Of a stretch of 64,000 nucleotides of DNA, positions 62,369-64,000 are shown piece after piece (within the stretch, counting starts at the first letter, position 1; each line of letters begins with the position of its first letter). A program made the position numbers and the translations under genes. Location of the stretch: positions 1 through 64,000 of the forward strand of contig DASYCZ010000012.1 of assembly GCA_036499825.1 (NCBI GenBank), written 5' to 3'. Source of the stretch: Devosiaceae bacterium. Lineage in GTDB: Bacteria; Pseudomonadota; Alphaproteobacteria; Rhizobiales; Devosiaceae. Under the pieces are notes generated by a model. The model made no database searches, was not told the origin of the DNA, and saw only the letters and a program-made list of their open reading frames with translations.

Positions 62369-63316
62369 ATGACGCTTAAAGTCGCCGTCCAGATGGACCC
62401 CATCGCCTCGATCAATCCGCTCGGCGATTCCACCTTCGCCATGATGCTGGAAGCCCAGGCCCGTGGCCACCAGATCGCCTATTACACGCCCGATACGCTG
62501 GCGCTGCGCGGCGACACCGTCTCCGCCAGGGTCGCCTCCATCGAGGTTTTCGACAAGCCCAGGGGCGAGCACTATGCGCTCGGCGATTTCGCCCGCACGG
62601 ACCTGTCGGAATACGATGTGCTGCTCATGCGGCAGGATCCGCCCTTCGACATGAACTACATCACCTTGACCCATATGCTGGAGCGGCTGCACCCCAGGAC
62701 CCTGGTGGTCAACCCGCCGGCCTCGGTGCGCAACGCCCCCGAAAAGATCCTGGTCACCGACTTCCCTCAATTGATGCCGCCGACCCTCGTCACCCGTGAC
62801 CGCGATCTGATCCATGCCTTCCGCAAGGAGCATGGCAACATCATCGTCAAGCCGCTCTACGGCAATGGCGGCGCCGGCGTCTTCTTCATCCAGGAAGGCG
62901 ATCACAATCTCGCCTCGCTGCTGGAACTGTTCGAATTGAACTATCGCGAACCGTTCATGATCCAGCGCTACCTGCCGGAAGTGCGCAAGGGCGACAAGCG
63001 CATCATCCTGGTCGATGGCGAGCCGGTGGCCGGCCTCAACCGCATCCCCTCCGAGGGCGAGGCCCGCTCCAACATGCATGCCGGGGGGCGCCCGGAGCTT
63101 TCCGCCCTCACCCCGCGCGAGCTCGAAATCTGCCGCGCCATCGGCCCGGCCCTTAAACAGCGCGGCATGATCTTCGTCGGCATCGACGTCATCGGCGACT
63201 ACCTCACCGAGATCAACGTCACCTCCCCCACCGGCATCCGCGAGATCAAGCGCTTCGGCGGCCCCGACATCGCCGTGCTCATCTGGGACGCCATCGAAAA
63301 ACAGCGCCGCGCCTAG
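62369..63316 (+). CDS. gshB: Glutathione synthetase
   Basis: ATP-grasp GshB family ([10 protein letters not shown]...; [12 protein letters not shown]). Confidence 0.95.
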   Translation: MTLKVAVQMDPIASINPLGDSTFAMMLEAQARGHQIAYYTPDTLALRGDTVSARVASIEVFDKPRGEHYALGDFARTDLSEYDVLLMRQDPPFDMNYITLTHMLERLHPRTLVVNPPASVRNAPEKILVTDFPQLMPPTLVTRDRDLIHAFRKEHGNIIVKPLYGNGGAGVFFIQEGDHNLASLLELFELNYREPFMIQRYLPEVRKGDKRIILVDGEPVAGLNRIPSEGEARSNMHAGGRPELSALTPRELEICRAIGPALKQRGMIFVGIDVIGDYLTEINVTSPTGIREIKRFGGPDIAVLIWDAIEKQRRA

Positions 63317-63348
63317 CCTCGACCACCCGCGTCCTGCCGGAGCCTGCC

Positions 63349-64000
63349 GTGCCGATCACCAACCCCATCTATACGGGCCTGCCCACGACGATTTTCGAGG
63401 TCATGTCCCGGCTCGCCCGGGACCATGGCGCCATTAACCTGGGCCAGGGCTTTCCGGATACCGATGGGCCGGAGGATGTGTTGCGGATCGCCGCCGAGGC
63501 GCTGCTCAAGGGGCCCAACCAGTATCCGCCCATGCTGGGGCTTCCGGCCCTGCGCCAGGCCGTCGCCGCGTCCAACAAGCGGTTTTATGGGCTCGATGTC
63601 GATTTCGAGACCGAGGTGCTGGTCACCTCCGGCGCCACCGAGGCGCTGGCCGATTGCTTCACGGCGCTGCTGGTGCCGGGCGATGAAGTGGTCATGTTCG
63701 AGCCGCTTTACGATTGCTACCTGCCGCTGGTGCGGCGCGCCGGCGGCATCCCCAAACTGGTGCGGCTGACCCCGCCGCATTGGCGCCTCGACCCCGAAGC
63801 CCTCGCCGCCGCCTTCTCGCCCCGCACCAAGGCGGTGCTGCTCAACAACCCCATGAACCCCGCCGCCAAGGTGTTCTCGCCCCAGGAGCTCGCCGCCATC
63901 GCGGCCCTCGCCGTCAGCCACGACGCCATCGCCATCTGCGACGAAGTCTATGAGCACATCGTCTTCGATGGCGCCCGGCATGTGCCGCTGCTGAGCCTTG
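63349..64000 (+). CDS. Class I/II pyridoxal-phosphate-dependent aminotransferase (methionine/kynurenine aminotransferase-like), 3'-truncated by the window edge
   Basis: Manual translation from GTG 63349 gives VPITNPIYTGL...INLGQGFPD...NPMNPAAKVFS...ICDEVYEHIVFDG, which are aminotransferase motifs. The ORF runs off the window. Confidence 0.8.
   Translation, partial: MPITNPIYTGLPTTIFEVMSRLARDHGAINLGQGFPDTDGPEDVLRIAAEALLKGPNQYPPMLGLPALRQAVAASNKRFYGLDVDFETEVLVTSGATEALADCFTALLVPGDEVVMFEPLYDCYLPLVRRAGGIPKLVRLTPPHWRLDPEALAAAFSPRTKAVLLNNPMNPAAKVFSPQELAAIAALAVSHDAIAICDEVYEHIVFDGARHVPLLSL

Overview
This is a high-GC (about 65%) alphaproteobacterial chromosome segment (probably Hyphomicrobiales-like) and is almost entirely core housekeeping genes. 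Gene order is the classic origin-proximal block. On the minus strand: hemE, hemJ, rho, mnmE, mnmG, rsmG, parA, parB. On the plus strand downstream: maf, aroE, coaE, dnaQ.

Also present: ftsK (3' part), lolA, xthA, leuS, lptE, holA, secB, hslV-GNAT-hslU, a his cluster (hisB-hisH-hisA-hisF-hisE), coaA, nth, gpmA, dapB, pyrF, the heat-shock genes dnaK/dnaJ and hrcA-grpE, rph-rdgB-hemW, lpoA-like/rsmI/yraN/gshB, and a partial aminotransferase at the 3' edge.

Main non-coding signals:
- Nine copies of the 16-bp parS palindrome (TGTTTCACGTGAAACA), six of them between 10.9 and 18.1 kb around parAB, mnmG and rho.
- A probable oriC in the hemE-maf intergenic region (19.56-20.0 kb), with a CtrA-type TTAA-N7-TTAA box, DnaA-box-like 9-mers and an AT-rich stretch.
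- Several families of REP/RIME-like palindromic mosaic elements.
- A tandemly duplicated roughly 230-bp palindromic element whose long hairpin arms carry a compensatory substitution.
- A tRNA-Arg-like sequence with a disrupted acceptor stem, next to an Smr/XRE gene pair and an SPFH-domain gene.

No CRISPR array, transposase, integrase or recognisable defence system was found.
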